64,000 nt of DNA from Chamaesiphon sp. OTE_75_metabat_556 (GCF_031378165.1 NZ_JANNDR010000585.1:457-64456); one strand, 5' to 3'. Shown: positions 8,241 to 19,094, counted from the stretch's first letter. Notes: generated from the letters alone by a model not told the origin. Numbers and translations: made by a program.

Positions 8241-9701
8241 CTAACCTTGCTTGCCAGGAGTGGCAGGTTTCGGTGTTGCGGGAGGTTTCGCGTCAGCTTT
8301 GGGTTTGTCAGCAGGTTTGCCTGTCGCTGGTTTAGCGTCAACTTTGGGAGCTGTACCAGCACCCGCACCAGCAATGTTTACTTGGTCGATCGTTTTGAGA
8401 CTACCATCGGGTTGAACTTGCCAGATGTCATAAGTACCGACGACATCGCCTTGCGCATCGATATCGACGTTGCCACTAGCACCTTGATAGTTAATTTTTT
8501 TACCAGCTTTGAGCAAAGTAATTGCTTGACACAGATCGGAAACTTCCTCGCCAGTGCCACCTGCAATTTCACGCAGTTTACTAGCAATGCCTTCGCCAGT
8601 ATTGGTTTTAGAGGCTTGGGCGGCAAGCATGATCAAGGCCGTAGCATCCCAAGAGTGTTGCAGATATGCAGTCAGGGGTTTTCCAGTCGCCAGCCACTTC
8701 TGATTAAAGTCTTCTAAAGCCTTGCCATGCGCCCCAGGAACGGTACCGATCGCCCCGTCGATGATAAATTTACCATCCGCTGTTTTGCCGACCTGATCGG
8801 GGAATTTTGGCGAGTAGGCACCATCGGGCAGCATAATCGTCACACCTTTGCTCAAGCCTTGTTCATAAGCATCTTTGAGTAAGATGGAGCCAGTATCTGG
8901 GTAGACTAGAGCGGCAATTGCTTGGGGTTTGCCGTCAAAAGCCGCCTTGACTTCAGATGAGAAAGTTGTGCCTTTGGCGTCGTAACGAGTTGGTTTAGCT
9001 TCGTTAGTGACGGTACCGCCCAATTTTTTGAAGGCGGCAACGAATTCTTTTTCAAAGCCGACGCCATAATCATTATTAATCGCGATCGTCGCCACTTTGG
9101 TAAACCCTTTTTTGCGGGCTAACTGAGCCATTGCTTGGGCTTGATAAGTATCTGGCGGTGCAGTCCGCGCCCAATATCCTTGATATTCGCCTTTTTTGGC
9201 TCGATCGGTAAATACGGGACTGGTACTTCCTGGCGAAATTATCATCACCTTATTTTTGGCAGCTACAGATGAGGCAGCGGTAGAAATCCCACTACCAAAG
9301 GCACCGACGACACCAGCAACTTTATCTACTTCTGTCAGCTTCGTCATTGCTGCCGCGCCAGCACTGGGGTCGCTTTGGTCGTCTTCAGAAACCAGGGTAA
9401 CAGGTGAACCATTGATACCACCACAACTATTGACAGTATCGATCGCCATTTTGACAGCGATCGGCAGCGGTTGCGCGATCGATGCCAAGTCGCCAGTGCT
9501 CGATAGCAAAGAACCAATTTTCAAGCCTTGGCTATCACCGCCAGTACTAGGAGCAGTGCTGGCTGTGGGATTAGCTCCGCCCGTGCCACCCGTCGTAGCA
9601 TTGGGGTCGGTACAACTAGTTGCCAATAAGCTGGTAATAGTCGTCAATAATGCCATCACTACTGCTAGTTTTGGCTGGATGCGTCGATCGAGCATAGTCA
9701 T
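8241..9701 (-). CDS. Branched-chain/neutral amino acid ABC transporter substrate-binding lipoprotein (NatB/LivJ-like)
   Basis: Lipobox ATSC, LKIGSLL..TGDLAS, ISPGSTSP, RTAPPD, YQGASGNVDID; start set at ATG 9701. Confidence 0.85.
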   Translation of the reverse strand: MTMLDRRIQPKLAVVMALLTTITSLLATSCTDPNATTGGTGGANPTASTAPSTGGDSQGLKIGSLLSSTGDLASIAQPLPIAVKMAIDTVNSCGGINGSPVTLVSEDDQSDPSAGAAAMTKLTEVDKVAGVVGAFGSGISTAASSVAAKNKVMIISPGSTSPVFTDRAKKGEYQGYWARTAPPDTYQAQAMAQLARKKGFTKVATIAINNDYGVGFEKEFVAAFKKLGGTVTNEAKPTRYDAKGTTFSSEVKAAFDGKPQAIAALVYPDTGSILLKDAYEQGLSKGVTIMLPDGAYSPKFPDQVGKTADGKFIIDGAIGTVPGAHGKALEDFNQKWLATGKPLTAYLQHSWDATALIMLAAQASKTNTGEGIASKLREIAGGTGEEVSDLCQAITLLKAGKKINYQGASGNVDIDAQGDVVGTYDIWQVQPDGSLKTIDQVNIAGAGAGTAPKVDAKPATGKPADKPKADAKPPATPKPATPGKQG

Positions 9702-10135
9702 AATTGTTGTCAAACTCCTCACATAAACTGTCGATATCAACTCAGCCGTTGAATCCGACCATTGCCGTTGATGTTATCACTTTTGATGTAACTCTAGTTG
9801 CGAAGATCCGATGAATCCTCTAAATCGCTGTCCATAATATCTAGTTCTAGATAAGCGCGTAAAATCGACTGAACTTGGTAGGTTTTTTGATTATTCAATC
9901 TTCCTAGCTGCTTTACCAATCTCTGCTTGTCAAAAGTCATCGGATCGATACAAACAATAAAGCTATCGGTAGTTAATCCATTATTTGAATCGGGTGTGAG
10001 TGAGACTACTACAGGTAGTAATCTATCGGCTGGATGACTAGAGGTAATCGGTAATACAGTTACCTTGTTTTCACGCTTTTATGTTCGATGCTACCTGTTA
10101 TCCGACTAGTAGGGGTACTCGATCGAGAAATTTGA

Positions 10136-11791
10136 TTATTTAGCAGCGATCGGCATCCGCCAACCCGTCCCAAAAGCGCGATCGGTGATTTTCAAGCCTG
10201 GGGGAGCTTGACGGCGTTTGAATTCGGCCAGTTTGACGAGTCTGGCGATCCTGGCGACTACTTGCGGCTCGAAACCGCGATCGATTATTTGGCTGGGCGA
10301 TTGATGTTCGCAGACGATCGCATCCAAAATTTCATCTAAAATTTCATAGGGTGGTAATGAATCTTGGTCTACTTGTCCGGGTTTGAGTTCGGCACTGGGT
10401 GGTTTGGTGATGATATTGGTGGGGATGATTTCTCGCTCTCGGTTGAGCCATTTGCAGAGTGAATAGACGCGCATTTTGGGTACGTCAGCGATGACGGCTA
10501 AACCACCATTCATATCGCCATACAGGGTACAGTAACCGACCGCCATTTCGGATTTATTGCCTGTGGAGAGGAGTAAATAGCCAAACTTATTGGACATGGA
10601 CATCAGTAAGGTGCCGCGAATCCGCGATTGGATATTCTCTTCCGCTATTCCAAATTCGGTACCTTGAAATTGCGACTCTAGAGTGCGATCGAATCCCTGC
10701 ATTAATTCGCCAATCGGGATTGTTTCGGTCTTAATTCCCAAATTAGCAGCGACGGCGATCGCATCGGTGACTGAGTGGGACGAGCTATAAGTCGAAGGCA
10801 TCAATACTCCTAAGACATGCTCCGCGCCCAGAGCCTCAGCCGCAATAGCGGCGACAAGTGCCGAATCGATGCCGCCACTCAAGCCCAAGATGACTTTTTG
10901 AAAACCACATTTGTGAATATAGTCGCGCACGCCTAATACTAATGCTTGCCAAATTTCAGCATCGGCGCAATCTGGTTGGGGTTGAATGTTGGCTGGTTTT
11001 AAATCCTTTGTTACTTGATCAAATTCGACAATAATTAAGTCGCGATCGAATGCTGTCCCCCGACAAATTAGTTCGCCAGATCGATCGAATCCCAAACTAC
11101 AACCATCAAAAATTAGATCGTCATTGGCACCGACTTGATTGACATATAATACGGCTCGATCGTACTTAACTGCTGCGTGTTTTAACATGGCCGATCGAAC
11201 CTGTTGTTTGCCGAGGCTATATGGCGAGGCAGAGAGATTGAGTGATAGATCGATATTTTGTTCAGCTAATTCGGCAATCGGGTTGACTAGATAGCTACGT
11301 TTGCCCCAGAAATCCTCATCATTCCAGAGATCTTCACAGACAGTCACCCCTAGCTTAATACCATCTAGAGTGAAGTAATTTGCCTCGCTACCAGGTGCGA
11401 AATAACGATGTTCGTCAAATACGTCATAAGTCGGTAATAGCCGCTTATGGAAGATGTTTTGGATACTACCAGCAGCTAAGATTGCAATGCTATTAAACAG
11501 GGGTTTGGCACCAGTTATTGCTGCCGTAGGATTGGCAGTCGCTAGTCCGATCGATACATGTAAATTTGGTGGTAGATCGCGGGCAAGTTGTTGCAGTGCT
11601 CTCTCCATTTCGGCAATGAAATTAGCATTTAGTAATAGATCTCGCGGTGGATAACCACAGAGCGAAAGTTCTGGTGTGAGCAGCAGTTTTACGCCTTGGG
11701 TGGCGACTTGCTGGGCAGTTTTTAAAATCTGTTGAGCGTTACCTTGGAGATCGCCGACGATCGGGTTGAGTTGGGCTAGGGCTATTTTCAT
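10136..11791 (-). CDS. nadE: Glutamine-dependent NAD+ synthetase
   Basis: N-terminal nitrilase domain (PEL, K.LLPTYDVFDE, VCED) plus GLSGGIDS, TGNKSE, PSAEL. Confidence 0.95.
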   Translation of the reverse strand: MKIALAQLNPIVGDLQGNAQQILKTAQQVATQGVKLLLTPELSLCGYPPRDLLLNANFIAEMERALQQLARDLPPNLHVSIGLATANPTAAITGAKPLFNSIAILAAGSIQNIFHKRLLPTYDVFDEHRYFAPGSEANYFTLDGIKLGVTVCEDLWNDEDFWGKRSYLVNPIAELAEQNIDLSLNLSASPYSLGKQQVRSAMLKHAAVKYDRAVLYVNQVGANDDLIFDGCSLGFDRSGELICRGTAFDRDLIIVEFDQVTKDLKPANIQPQPDCADAEIWQALVLGVRDYIHKCGFQKVILGLSGGIDSALVAAIAAEALGAEHVLGVLMPSTYSSSHSVTDAIAVAANLGIKTETIPIGELMQGFDRTLESQFQGTEFGIAEENIQSRIRGTLLMSMSNKFGYLLLSTGNKSEMAVGYCTLYGDMNGGLAVIADVPKMRVYSLCKWLNREREIIPTNIITKPPSAELKPGQVDQDSLPPYEILDEILDAIVCEHQSPSQIIDRGFEPQVVARIARLVKLAEFKRRQAPPGLKITDRAFGTGWRMPIAAK

Positions 11792-11957
11792 GATTACGCA
11801 GAGTTCACGGAGTAAGGTGAGAACGCAGAGAGGTTATTTGTGGGGGGGATCTAGTCTGAGAATCGTAGGTTGGAGTTTGTTCGATCGACAACGTTGACAA
11901 CAGAGATTTGATTTAACAGAGAACAGGGGTTTAAATCCCCCACCTAAAAGGTGGATT

Positions 11958-11994
11958 GTTGTTAGGGTGGGGTCGAAATCCCCACCCTAACAAC
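11958..11994. repeat. 15-bp perfect stem hairpin (REP-like or terminator/stabiliser) between nrtR and nadE
   Basis: GTTGTTAGGGTGGGG-7 nt-CCCCACCCTAACAAC. Confidence 0.7.
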
Positions 11995-12064
11995 CCAATT
12001 ATCAATTCTCAATTCTCAATTAATTTAAACCCACCCATCTCTAGTAATTAACGTCAGATGGTTT

Positions 12065-12799
12065 TTACACAAACAGTAATGGTTTATCTTTTAATGGGGC
12101 AAAGGCAACTGGATCGAAGCGATATAGACTAGCTGGACGACCGCTACCGCGTGAGGATTTGACACCTGTTTCTTCGAGGAACTTGAGTTTGATTAACCGA
12201 TTGCGAAAGTTAGAATAATCAGAGAATGTTTCACCGAGGACTGTGGTATATAGTTGATAAATATCACTGAGGGTGAAGAGTTCTGGTAGCACATCAAAAG
12301 CGATCGGGCTGTATTCTAATTTATTGCGGAGGCGTTGATGTCCGTATTCGATAATTTGTCGGTGATCGAAGGCGAGAGTGGGCAATTTGTCGATCGGGTA
12401 CCAGGCAATTCCCCCCACGCCAGTGGCAATTAATTCGGCAGCTTCGTACCTAACTAAGGCGAAGTAACTGACTGATAGATAACGTACGTTGTAACTATCG
12501 GTTGCCTCGCGCGGATCGCGTCCAGGGCCACCAAAGGTATATAGTTGTTCGAGATATAAGTTATCAACTTCGATCTTTTCAGACAAAATTCGATCGGCGG
12601 CAGTTTCTAATGTTTCACCATTTCTAACTAATGTTCCTGGCAAACACCAATCACCAAAATAGGGTTCTTCATGCCGCATCACGAGTAATATTAACAAGCG
12701 ATTTTGCTGGGTATCGATCGAAAAAATCGCATTATCGACACCAACTTTAAAATCGGCAAGTTTCTGTTTATTTGAGTTTCGTTCTGTCACAAGCTTCAT
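12065..12799 (-). CDS. nrtR: Nudix-related transcriptional regulator NrtR
   Basis: Degenerate Nudix box (GTLVRNGETLETAADRILSEK), LEQLYTFG..RDPR, LAFDH, C-terminal wHTH with GRPASLYRF; start uncertain. Confidence 0.88.
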   Translation of the reverse strand: MKLVTERNSNKQKLADFKVGVDNAIFSIDTQQNRLLILLVMRHEEPYFGDWCLPGTLVRNGETLETAADRILSEKIEVDNLYLEQLYTFGGPGRDPREATDSYNVRYLSVSYFALVRYEAAELIATGVGGIAWYPIDKLPTLAFDHRQIIEYGHQRLRNKLEYSPIAFDVLPELFTLSDIYQLYTTVLGETFSDYSNFRNRLIKLKFLEETGVKSSRGSGRPASLYRFDPVAFAPLKDKPLLFV

Positions 12800-13370
12800 C
12801 AATAATAGAATACAAGTTTTGTTGTCGGAGATACTTAGCAACACTGAGCGATACACCGTCGATCGAGTGACTATTCCGAATTGCTGTCGAGGAAATAATT
12901 GGTGTCGATAGGGGGGCGATCGTGATGTGTGCGCCTAAATCGGTAAGCCGTTGTAAATCTGCTGATTCGATCTGATTGCCAGTGCGGGGCACGATTAGTA
13001 ACTTAACTTGATTTAGTAGTTCGCCGATCCGATACCATTGAGACATTTGGGCAATCAAGTCTGCCCCAATTGTCAGTGTAAATTCACTATTACCCCAAAC
13101 TGATTGGGCAATTTTCAGGCTTTCTAACGTATATCGATGGCTCAAATTACGATAGACTTGCACATGTTGATCGATCGGCGGCTGAATTTCAGCGATCGAC
13201 AGTTCTAGCATTTGCGATCGCTGTTCTAACGAGGCTCCATGTGTTTTAAATGGATTGTCAGATGCCCAGACTGCTACTCGATCGAATTGTTGCAATGCCA
13301 GCCAGTGAATAATTTTTTGGTGAGCGATCGTTGGTGGATCGGCACTGGTTCCAAAGAGGGCGATATTCAT
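12768..13370 (-). CDS. nadD: Nicotinate-nucleotide adenylyltransferase
   Basis: FGTSADPPTIAH, IGADL, ISSTAIR. Confidence 0.88.
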   Translation of the reverse strand: MNIALFGTSADPPTIAHQKIIHWLALQQFDRVAVWASDNPFKTHGASLEQRSQMLELSIAEIQPPIDQHVQVYRNLSHRYTLESLKIAQSVWGNSEFTLTIGADLIAQMSQWYRIGELLNQVKLLIVPRTGNQIESADLQRLTDLGAHITIAPLSTPIISSTAIRNSHSIDGVSLSVAKYLRQQNLYSIIDEACDRTKLK

Positions 13371-13466
13371 GAATAGGGGATAGTGAATAGTGGATAGTGG
13401 ATAGTGAATAGTGGATAGTGGATAGTGGATAGTGGATAGTGAATAGTGAATAGTGAATAGTGGATA
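13371..13466. repeat. STRR-type heptamer tandem repeat (GGATAGT/GAATAGT)n
   Basis: About 13 units directly abutting the nadD start codon. Confidence 0.9.
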
Positions 13467-13511
13467 CTATTTGTATTTGAGAATTCGATCAATATGTAGG
13501 AGTGAGTTGGT

Positions 13512-14873
13512 TTAGCCTCGATCTTTCAAAGATTGAGTTAAATCTGCTAAGGCTGGGGAAAGAGTAACTGGTGGAATTCCAGCATAATTAATATCGCGAA
13601 GTTCGCTTGGTAAGCTAGCAACATGGCGATCGGTACGCTGTCTAATTACCGACAGCGGATCTTCTGGTTGTTGACGATTGCCGCCACTCATCACTAGTTG
13701 CAATAAGCCATGACCCTCGCTTGCTAAACCTAGAGTATCTCCCCTAAATTGTCCGTCTTCGATTTGACGAAAAATTTGTTTTTTACCAGGGTAAGTCATT
13801 TTCCCTGGGGATTTTTTCATTGTGGGTCGATCGGCGATTTCGACTAGTTTGTAGACGCCATTGACTGGACTGCCCGTGACTAATTTAGTCCCCAAACCGT
13901 AGCCAGAGATCGGGGCATTAGCCGATCGCAATTTGGCAATTTCCCACTCATCCAAATCGCCGCTGGCAAATATTGCGACATTTGGTAAAATAGATTTAAC
14001 TTGCCCAGATAAGGTAATTAAATCTCCAGAGTCTAGGCGGACTGCCGATAACTCGATCTCTCCTGCCGCCACTTGTGTGGCTAGATCTGTCGCTGCGGCG
14101 ATCGGATCGTAAGTATCGATTAGCAGCGGTGCGCCTGGAAAGTAACGGTGAAAAGCCTGAAATGCCGATCGTTCGCTACCTGCCATTGCCTCGATCGCCA
14201 TGACTAATGAATGTGCCATTGTCCCGCTAGGTTGATAGCCTAATGTGAGCGCGGCTAAAACATTTGAAGTAGTGTCCAGTCCGCCCGCGATCGCCGCCCG
14301 TGCCGCTAACATCGCAGCCTGAGGGCCAAAAGCTCGCCGAGTACCAAATTCGAGTAAAGTAGCATCGGCACCAGCGACATCGCGCAATCTGGCGGCTCTA
14401 GTCGCAATCAGCGTCTGGTAATTGATGGTGTTGAGCAGGTAAGTTTCGACGAGTTGGGCTTGCCATAAAGGGGCTTCGATCCGCAAGATCGGTTCATTGG
14501 CGAAGATGGCAGTACCTTCGGGCACCGCCCAAACATCGCCAGTAAACTTGGCAGTGGCTAGCAGATCCCAAAACCGGTCGGGCGCGTTTTTAAAAATCCC
14601 TGTGGCTTGCAATGCGGTAATTTGAGTGGCACTAAACTGTAATCGATCGAGATATTCTAACGCTTGCGCCAAGCCCATGGCGATCAGATACCCAAAGTCT
14701 TTTGGTAGTTTTCGCACAAATAACTCGAAGCTAGCCGTAGATCGATCGAGGGATTCGCCCACATAACAGGCAGTCATCGTGAGTTGATACAGATCGGTTA
14801 GTAAGCCATAGTCCTCACTGGATAAAGATGATATCGATGGCCGTCGATCGAGTTCTGGAGTTGCGTTCATCAT
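13512..14873 (-). CDS. pncB: Nicotinate phosphoribosyltransferase
   Basis: LLTDLYQLTM, LEFGTRRA, GTMAHS, LIDTYD, VRLDSGD, SGDLDE. Confidence 0.9.
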   Translation of the reverse strand: MMNATPELDRRPSISSLSSEDYGLLTDLYQLTMTACYVGESLDRSTASFELFVRKLPKDFGYLIAMGLAQALEYLDRLQFSATQITALQATGIFKNAPDRFWDLLATAKFTGDVWAVPEGTAIFANEPILRIEAPLWQAQLVETYLLNTINYQTLIATRAARLRDVAGADATLLEFGTRRAFGPQAAMLAARAAIAGGLDTTSNVLAALTLGYQPSGTMAHSLVMAIEAMAGSERSAFQAFHRYFPGAPLLIDTYDPIAAATDLATQVAAGEIELSAVRLDSGDLITLSGQVKSILPNVAIFASGDLDEWEIAKLRSANAPISGYGLGTKLVTGSPVNGVYKLVEIADRPTMKKSPGKMTYPGKKQIFRQIEDGQFRGDTLGLASEGHGLLQLVMSGGNRQQPEDPLSVIRQRTDRHVASLPSELRDINYAGIPPVTLSPALADLTQSLKDRG

Positions 14874-14909
14874 GGTGAGGTCGATCTTTTACTCAAAATA
14901 CCTTTCTCT

Positions 14910-14934
14910 TATTATGGTAATAACCACCATAATA
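14910..14934. promoter_or_regulatory. NrtR operator
   Basis: Perfect 9-7-9 palindrome TATTATGGT-AATAACC-ACCATAATA with the GT-N7-AC core, about 36 bp upstream of pncB in an operon that encodes NrtR. Confidence 0.78.
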
Positions 14935-15733
14935 TGTCAAGTAGGTAAGCGGCGATCGCACTCGGGGATTTTGGGTACTGCCATCAGCCAGCGAACATCC
15001 AATCGATCGAATGTCCCGCTGCCGATCCCCTTTGACCAAAATGGTATCAGAAGTGACATTCAGGGGTAATATGATAGAGATATGCATCATGTTCTGTTCC
15101 AATCTAAAGTCAACGTCTAGAGTTACCAACACTTAGTCAGCCACCGCCAGCCGATCTCGTCATCGACCTACTCCAGGTATTGTTTTCGATCGAGACAAAT
15201 ACGATATCGCGAGGATGGGTTGTGAAATTGAAGCGTAATCGATGTTGACTCGATCGGGCAGAACTGGGTAATTGGTTTAGAGTCCAATGGATCGACATCT
15301 TAGCTGCTGACTTCCAATAGTTCATGCAGTCATATTCAGTGTCGATGGGAAATCGAAAGGCTTGCCGTCTTCATCGCAGCAATCTTAGCTCTTTTTCTCC
15401 AGTGGCGATGCCAATTATTCAGATTACAGATTCTCAGAATAAAGATTTATTTAGTTAGTAATAATTAGTTAAGTATTTACCTGGAGGTCTAAAGCGACGA
15501 TTCGATCGGGATTGAATCGTCTGCCCAGCAAGTGTTTAGCAATCGGCAGTACAGATTGCGACTATCGACAAAATCGCTGCTGCCACCTGTCAAACATCAC
15601 CAGCTCCTGTGTTCGCATAATTTACTGTTGCTAAAATTGTGGGCATAGCACTTTTTGTGAAATCTACCGTAAGTTAGCAATATTACAAACTTAATAAATG
15701 AATATGTTCTTGGGTGGAGGTAAATTAAACTAT

Positions 15734-18079
15734 ATGGAATTTTCGATCGCCACGCTGCTATCGCATGTTGGTCCTGAGAAGTTAGTTGCCCCAAAATTAC
15801 TAGAAAAGAAGTTAGGTTGCGAAACCCCGTCGAGTGTCGAACAATTGGATCTGGCTTTAGATTTACTCGAAAAAATCGGGGTTTTGGTCAAGGAGAAGGG
15901 GAAATTCCGCCGCGAACTAACCGATCTGGTGGTGGAAGCCAAGCTGCGTTGTTCGAGCAAGGGGTTTTGCTTTGCGATTCAAGATAATGAGAGTGCGGAT
16001 GATATTTATATCCGTGAAAGTCATCTCAGTAATGCCTGGAATGGCGATCGCGTCTTAATTGAAGTGATCAAGGAAGGTACCAGGCGGCGCAGTCCCGAAG
16101 GGGCGGTCAAGTTGATTTTAGAGCGGGCGAATCCTTCGGTACTAGCCAGGGTCAAACGGTTAGAGACGGGCGACTATCGCGCGATTCCGTTGGACGATCG
16201 GTTGTTATTTGAGTTGGCGGTGACAACTAATGGTCATCATCCCGCTGATAACGGCCACGAGCAGATTAATCTAGATGAGATTTTGGATCATCTCGTGCAT
16301 GTGGATGTCTTACGTCATGCTATCGGTCAAGACCTGCCGATCGGTCGCGTGGCTAGAGTGCTGGGGACGACAGCAGAATCGGCGGCAGACATCGATATCG
16401 TGACTTGCAAACACGATTTGCATCAAACTTTTGCACCCGCGATCGAAGCTGCGGCAGCGAAAATCACTAAGAGCGTGAAAGATCCGCTGGCTGACAAGCG
16501 ATTGGATCTGCGGCAGCTCCCGACAATTGCGGTGAGCACGCAGACAGATCCGACTGATAGTGCCCTGACGATCGAGCAGTTAGATGGGGAGATCTGGCGA
16601 TTGGGCGTCCATATCGCGGACATCGCCACTTATCTCGTTGCTGACGAGCGGCTCGATCGTGAAGCGAAAAAACGCGGTACGGCCGTATATTTGGGCGAAA
16701 ATACCATCCCGCTATTACCAGATGCCGTTCACCAGGCTTGTGGATTTGTGCCCGGTGCCGAACGACTGGCAATTTCGGTGTTTCTCTCCCTCAACGATCG
16801 CGGCGAACTGATTGAGTTTAATATCCAACCCAGTCGCATTCAGTTGGATTGGTTACTCGATCCTACTCAGATCGCGGCCACACTCGCTGGCGAACCCACC
16901 GAAATCGACCCCCAAGCACTCGAAATCGTCAAACCGATCTGGAACACGATCGCCCCAGCTTTTAGAGCGCAGCGACGATCTAGAGGCGGTTTGGAAGTAG
17001 ATTTGATTCAGAAGCAAGCCCCATTTGCCGATGAAGGACGATTGGGCGTGATTTTCCTCGACGATCCGCAGTCGTTGCTTACCGATGTGATGGTGATGGC
17101 CAATTACGCGATCGCCGTCCATCTCCAAGCTTTGCAAGTACCAGGGATTTATGCCGTCCAACACAATCCCGAACTCATCGAAGTCAACGATACGATCAAG
17201 CTGGCGATCAATTTGGGATTGAGCTTTGAAGGTGAAGTCGAAACCGAAGTCAGCGTTGCCGATTTACAACGTCTGAGCCTCCAGTTTCCAGAGTCGCCAG
17301 TACCGCAGGTGCTCAATTATCTATTCAAATCCCTGCTCAAAACCACGGTTTATAGTACCAACCCTGGGACTCATTTTGGGCTGGCGATCGAGAATGGCTA
17401 TACCCACGCAGTCTCACCCCTACAACGCTATCCCGATATCGCGATCCAACGCGTACTCCATGAAGTATTTGCCAACGGCCGCGATCGCAAAACCTCCCGC
17501 GCCAAGGAAATCATCGATTTGGGTAGTAGTAGCTGTCACGGTCAGATTACCTGGAATGTGCTGACACCTACAGTTCAGCAAGACTTAGAAGCCCAAATTG
17601 CCGGATCGATCGCCCATCTCAACGATCGTACCAAGATCGCTCAAGATGCCGAAAACGATCTCGCTGGACTCCAAAAAGCCGAAAAAATGAAAGCTCGCAC
17701 CGGCGAGATTTTTCAGGGCTTAATTACTGGGGTGCAATCCTATGGTTTCTTTGTCGAGATCGAAGACTCCCTGGTGGAAGGTTTGGTACACGTCAGTTCG
17801 CTCAAGGATGACTGGTACGAGTTTCGCCCGCGCTATGCTTGTCTGGTCGGTCGCAAAAACCGGACTTCATACCGGTTAGGCGATCGTGTCGAAGTCCAAG
17901 TCAAGAGTGTAGACTACTACCGCCAACAAATCGACCTAGTCACCGTGACTAGTATGTTGTCCGAAGCTGCTAATGAAGAAGAAGCAGAAGCAACGGCAGA
18001 TTCAGGAGATTCAGGAGATTCACTGGCGATCGAGTCGGTAGAAATCGAGGAGTTTGAACCTGTGACTGAGGACGACTAA
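15734..18079 (+). CDS. zam: RNase R-family protein, Zam type (RNB catalytic Asp motif degenerate)
   Basis: MEFSIATLL..KLVAPK.LEKKL start, CSD, RNB (HFGL, YTH..SP..RY.D), S1 domain. Confidence 0.75.
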   Translation: MEFSIATLLSHVGPEKLVAPKLLEKKLGCETPSSVEQLDLALDLLEKIGVLVKEKGKFRRELTDLVVEAKLRCSSKGFCFAIQDNESADDIYIRESHLSNAWNGDRVLIEVIKEGTRRRSPEGAVKLILERANPSVLARVKRLETGDYRAIPLDDRLLFELAVTTNGHHPADNGHEQINLDEILDHLVHVDVLRHAIGQDLPIGRVARVLGTTAESAADIDIVTCKHDLHQTFAPAIEAAAAKITKSVKDPLADKRLDLRQLPTIAVSTQTDPTDSALTIEQLDGEIWRLGVHIADIATYLVADERLDREAKKRGTAVYLGENTIPLLPDAVHQACGFVPGAERLAISVFLSLNDRGELIEFNIQPSRIQLDWLLDPTQIAATLAGEPTEIDPQALEIVKPIWNTIAPAFRAQRRSRGGLEVDLIQKQAPFADEGRLGVIFLDDPQSLLTDVMVMANYAIAVHLQALQVPGIYAVQHNPELIEVNDTIKLAINLGLSFEGEVETEVSVADLQRLSLQFPESPVPQVLNYLFKSLLKTTVYSTNPGTHFGLAIENGYTHAVSPLQRYPDIAIQRVLHEVFANGRDRKTSRAKEIIDLGSSSCHGQITWNVLTPTVQQDLEAQIAGSIAHLNDRTKIAQDAENDLAGLQKAEKMKARTGEIFQGLITGVQSYGFFVEIEDSLVEGLVHVSSLKDDWYEFRPRYACLVGRKNRTSYRLGDRVEVQVKSVDYYRQQIDLVTVTSMLSEAANEEEAEATADSGDSGDSLAIESVEIEEFEPVTEDD

Positions 18080-18115
18080 TCGCACACATCCCCAATCCGC
18101 AATTAGATGCGATCT

Positions 18116-18151
18116 TCGGGTAGGGGCAATTCATGAATTGCCCCTACCCGA
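18116..18151. repeat. REP-like palindrome, second copy
   Basis: 36-bp perfect palindrome sharing its core with 29-74. Confidence 0.85.
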
Positions 18152-18171
18152 TTGTATAAATAGGTATATTT

Positions 18172-18346
18172 AACGTGAGTTCGGGTTAAAGATATTGGCT
18201 TCGCTCTGGTACCGCCAATGATTGAAATCGTGGCTAGTGTTACAAAGTCCGCCTACGCGGACTGAAATATTAGTCCGCTTAGGCGGACTTTGCACCACAA
18301 GCCGAGACTTCCAGTCTCCAGGCAACTCTTATCCCGAACTCACGTT
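18172..18346. mobile_element. MITE-like element with 14-bp terminal inverted repeats
   Basis: AACGTGAGTTCGGG...CCCGAACTCACGTT flanked by ATTT on both sides; internal CAAAGTCCGCCTA...TAGGCGGACTTTG inverted repeat. Confidence 0.72.
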
Positions 18347-18387
18347 ATTTAAGCTCCTAACTCCCAACTCCTAACTCCCAACCCTTC

Positions 18388-19002
18388 TTGAATAAACCAC
18401 TCATTCTCGGTATCACTGGCGCATCTGGCCTGATTTATGCCATTCGCGCTCTCAAATATCTGCTGGCGGCTGACTATCATATCGAACTAGTCGCCTCTAG
18501 ATCGACATATATGGTCTTTCAAGCTGAAGACCAGATCAAATTGCCCAGCGAACCCGAAGATCAAGCCGACTTCTGGCGCGAACAAGCTGGCGTGCCAACT
18601 GCGGGCAAACTCCGCTGTCATCGCTGGGGCGATGTTGGTGCCAATATCGCCAGTGGCTCGTATCGCACTCAAGGGATGCTAATTATGCCCTGTAGTATGA
18701 GTACGGTCGGTAAATTGGCGGCAGGATTAAGTGGCGACTTATTAGAACGGGCTGCGGATGTCCAACTCAAAGAAGGCCGCAAGCTCGTCATCGTCCCCCG
18801 CGAAACCCCGTTTAGCCTGATTCACCTGCGGAACCTCACTACGCTTGCTGAAGCAGGTGCCGCGATCGTGCCAGCATGTCCGGCTTGGTATCATAAACCC
18901 CAATCGATCGACGATCTGGTAGATTTTGTGATCGCCAGAGCATTAGATCGCCTGGATATCGATTGTGTGCCCCTCAATCGCTGGAAATCAGGTGATAGTT
19001 GA
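18388..19002 (+). CDS. ubiX: Flavin prenyltransferase UbiX
   Basis: GITGASG, IASGS, PCSMST, RAADV.LKEGRKLVIVPRETP. Confidence 0.95.
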   Translation: MNKPLILGITGASGLIYAIRALKYLLAADYHIELVASRSTYMVFQAEDQIKLPSEPEDQADFWREQAGVPTAGKLRCHRWGDVGANIASGSYRTQGMLIMPCSMSTVGKLAAGLSGDLLERAADVQLKEGRKLVIVPRETPFSLIHLRNLTTLAEAGAAIVPACPAWYHKPQSIDDLVDFVIARALDRLDIDCVPLNRWKSGDS

Positions 19003-19094
19003 TAGTTGATAGTTGATAACTGTGAGATTGACGATTGATCTCCCCGCTCCCCGCTAGGTCTTTCATACCCCCTAGCAACACCAATAGTTGAAAT

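Noticed and set aside
14940-15330. Short minus-strand ORFs upstream of pncB
   Set aside because: Frames are broken by several stops (e.g. DAYLYHITPECHF*YHFGQRG...); possibly a decayed gene, but no family recognised.
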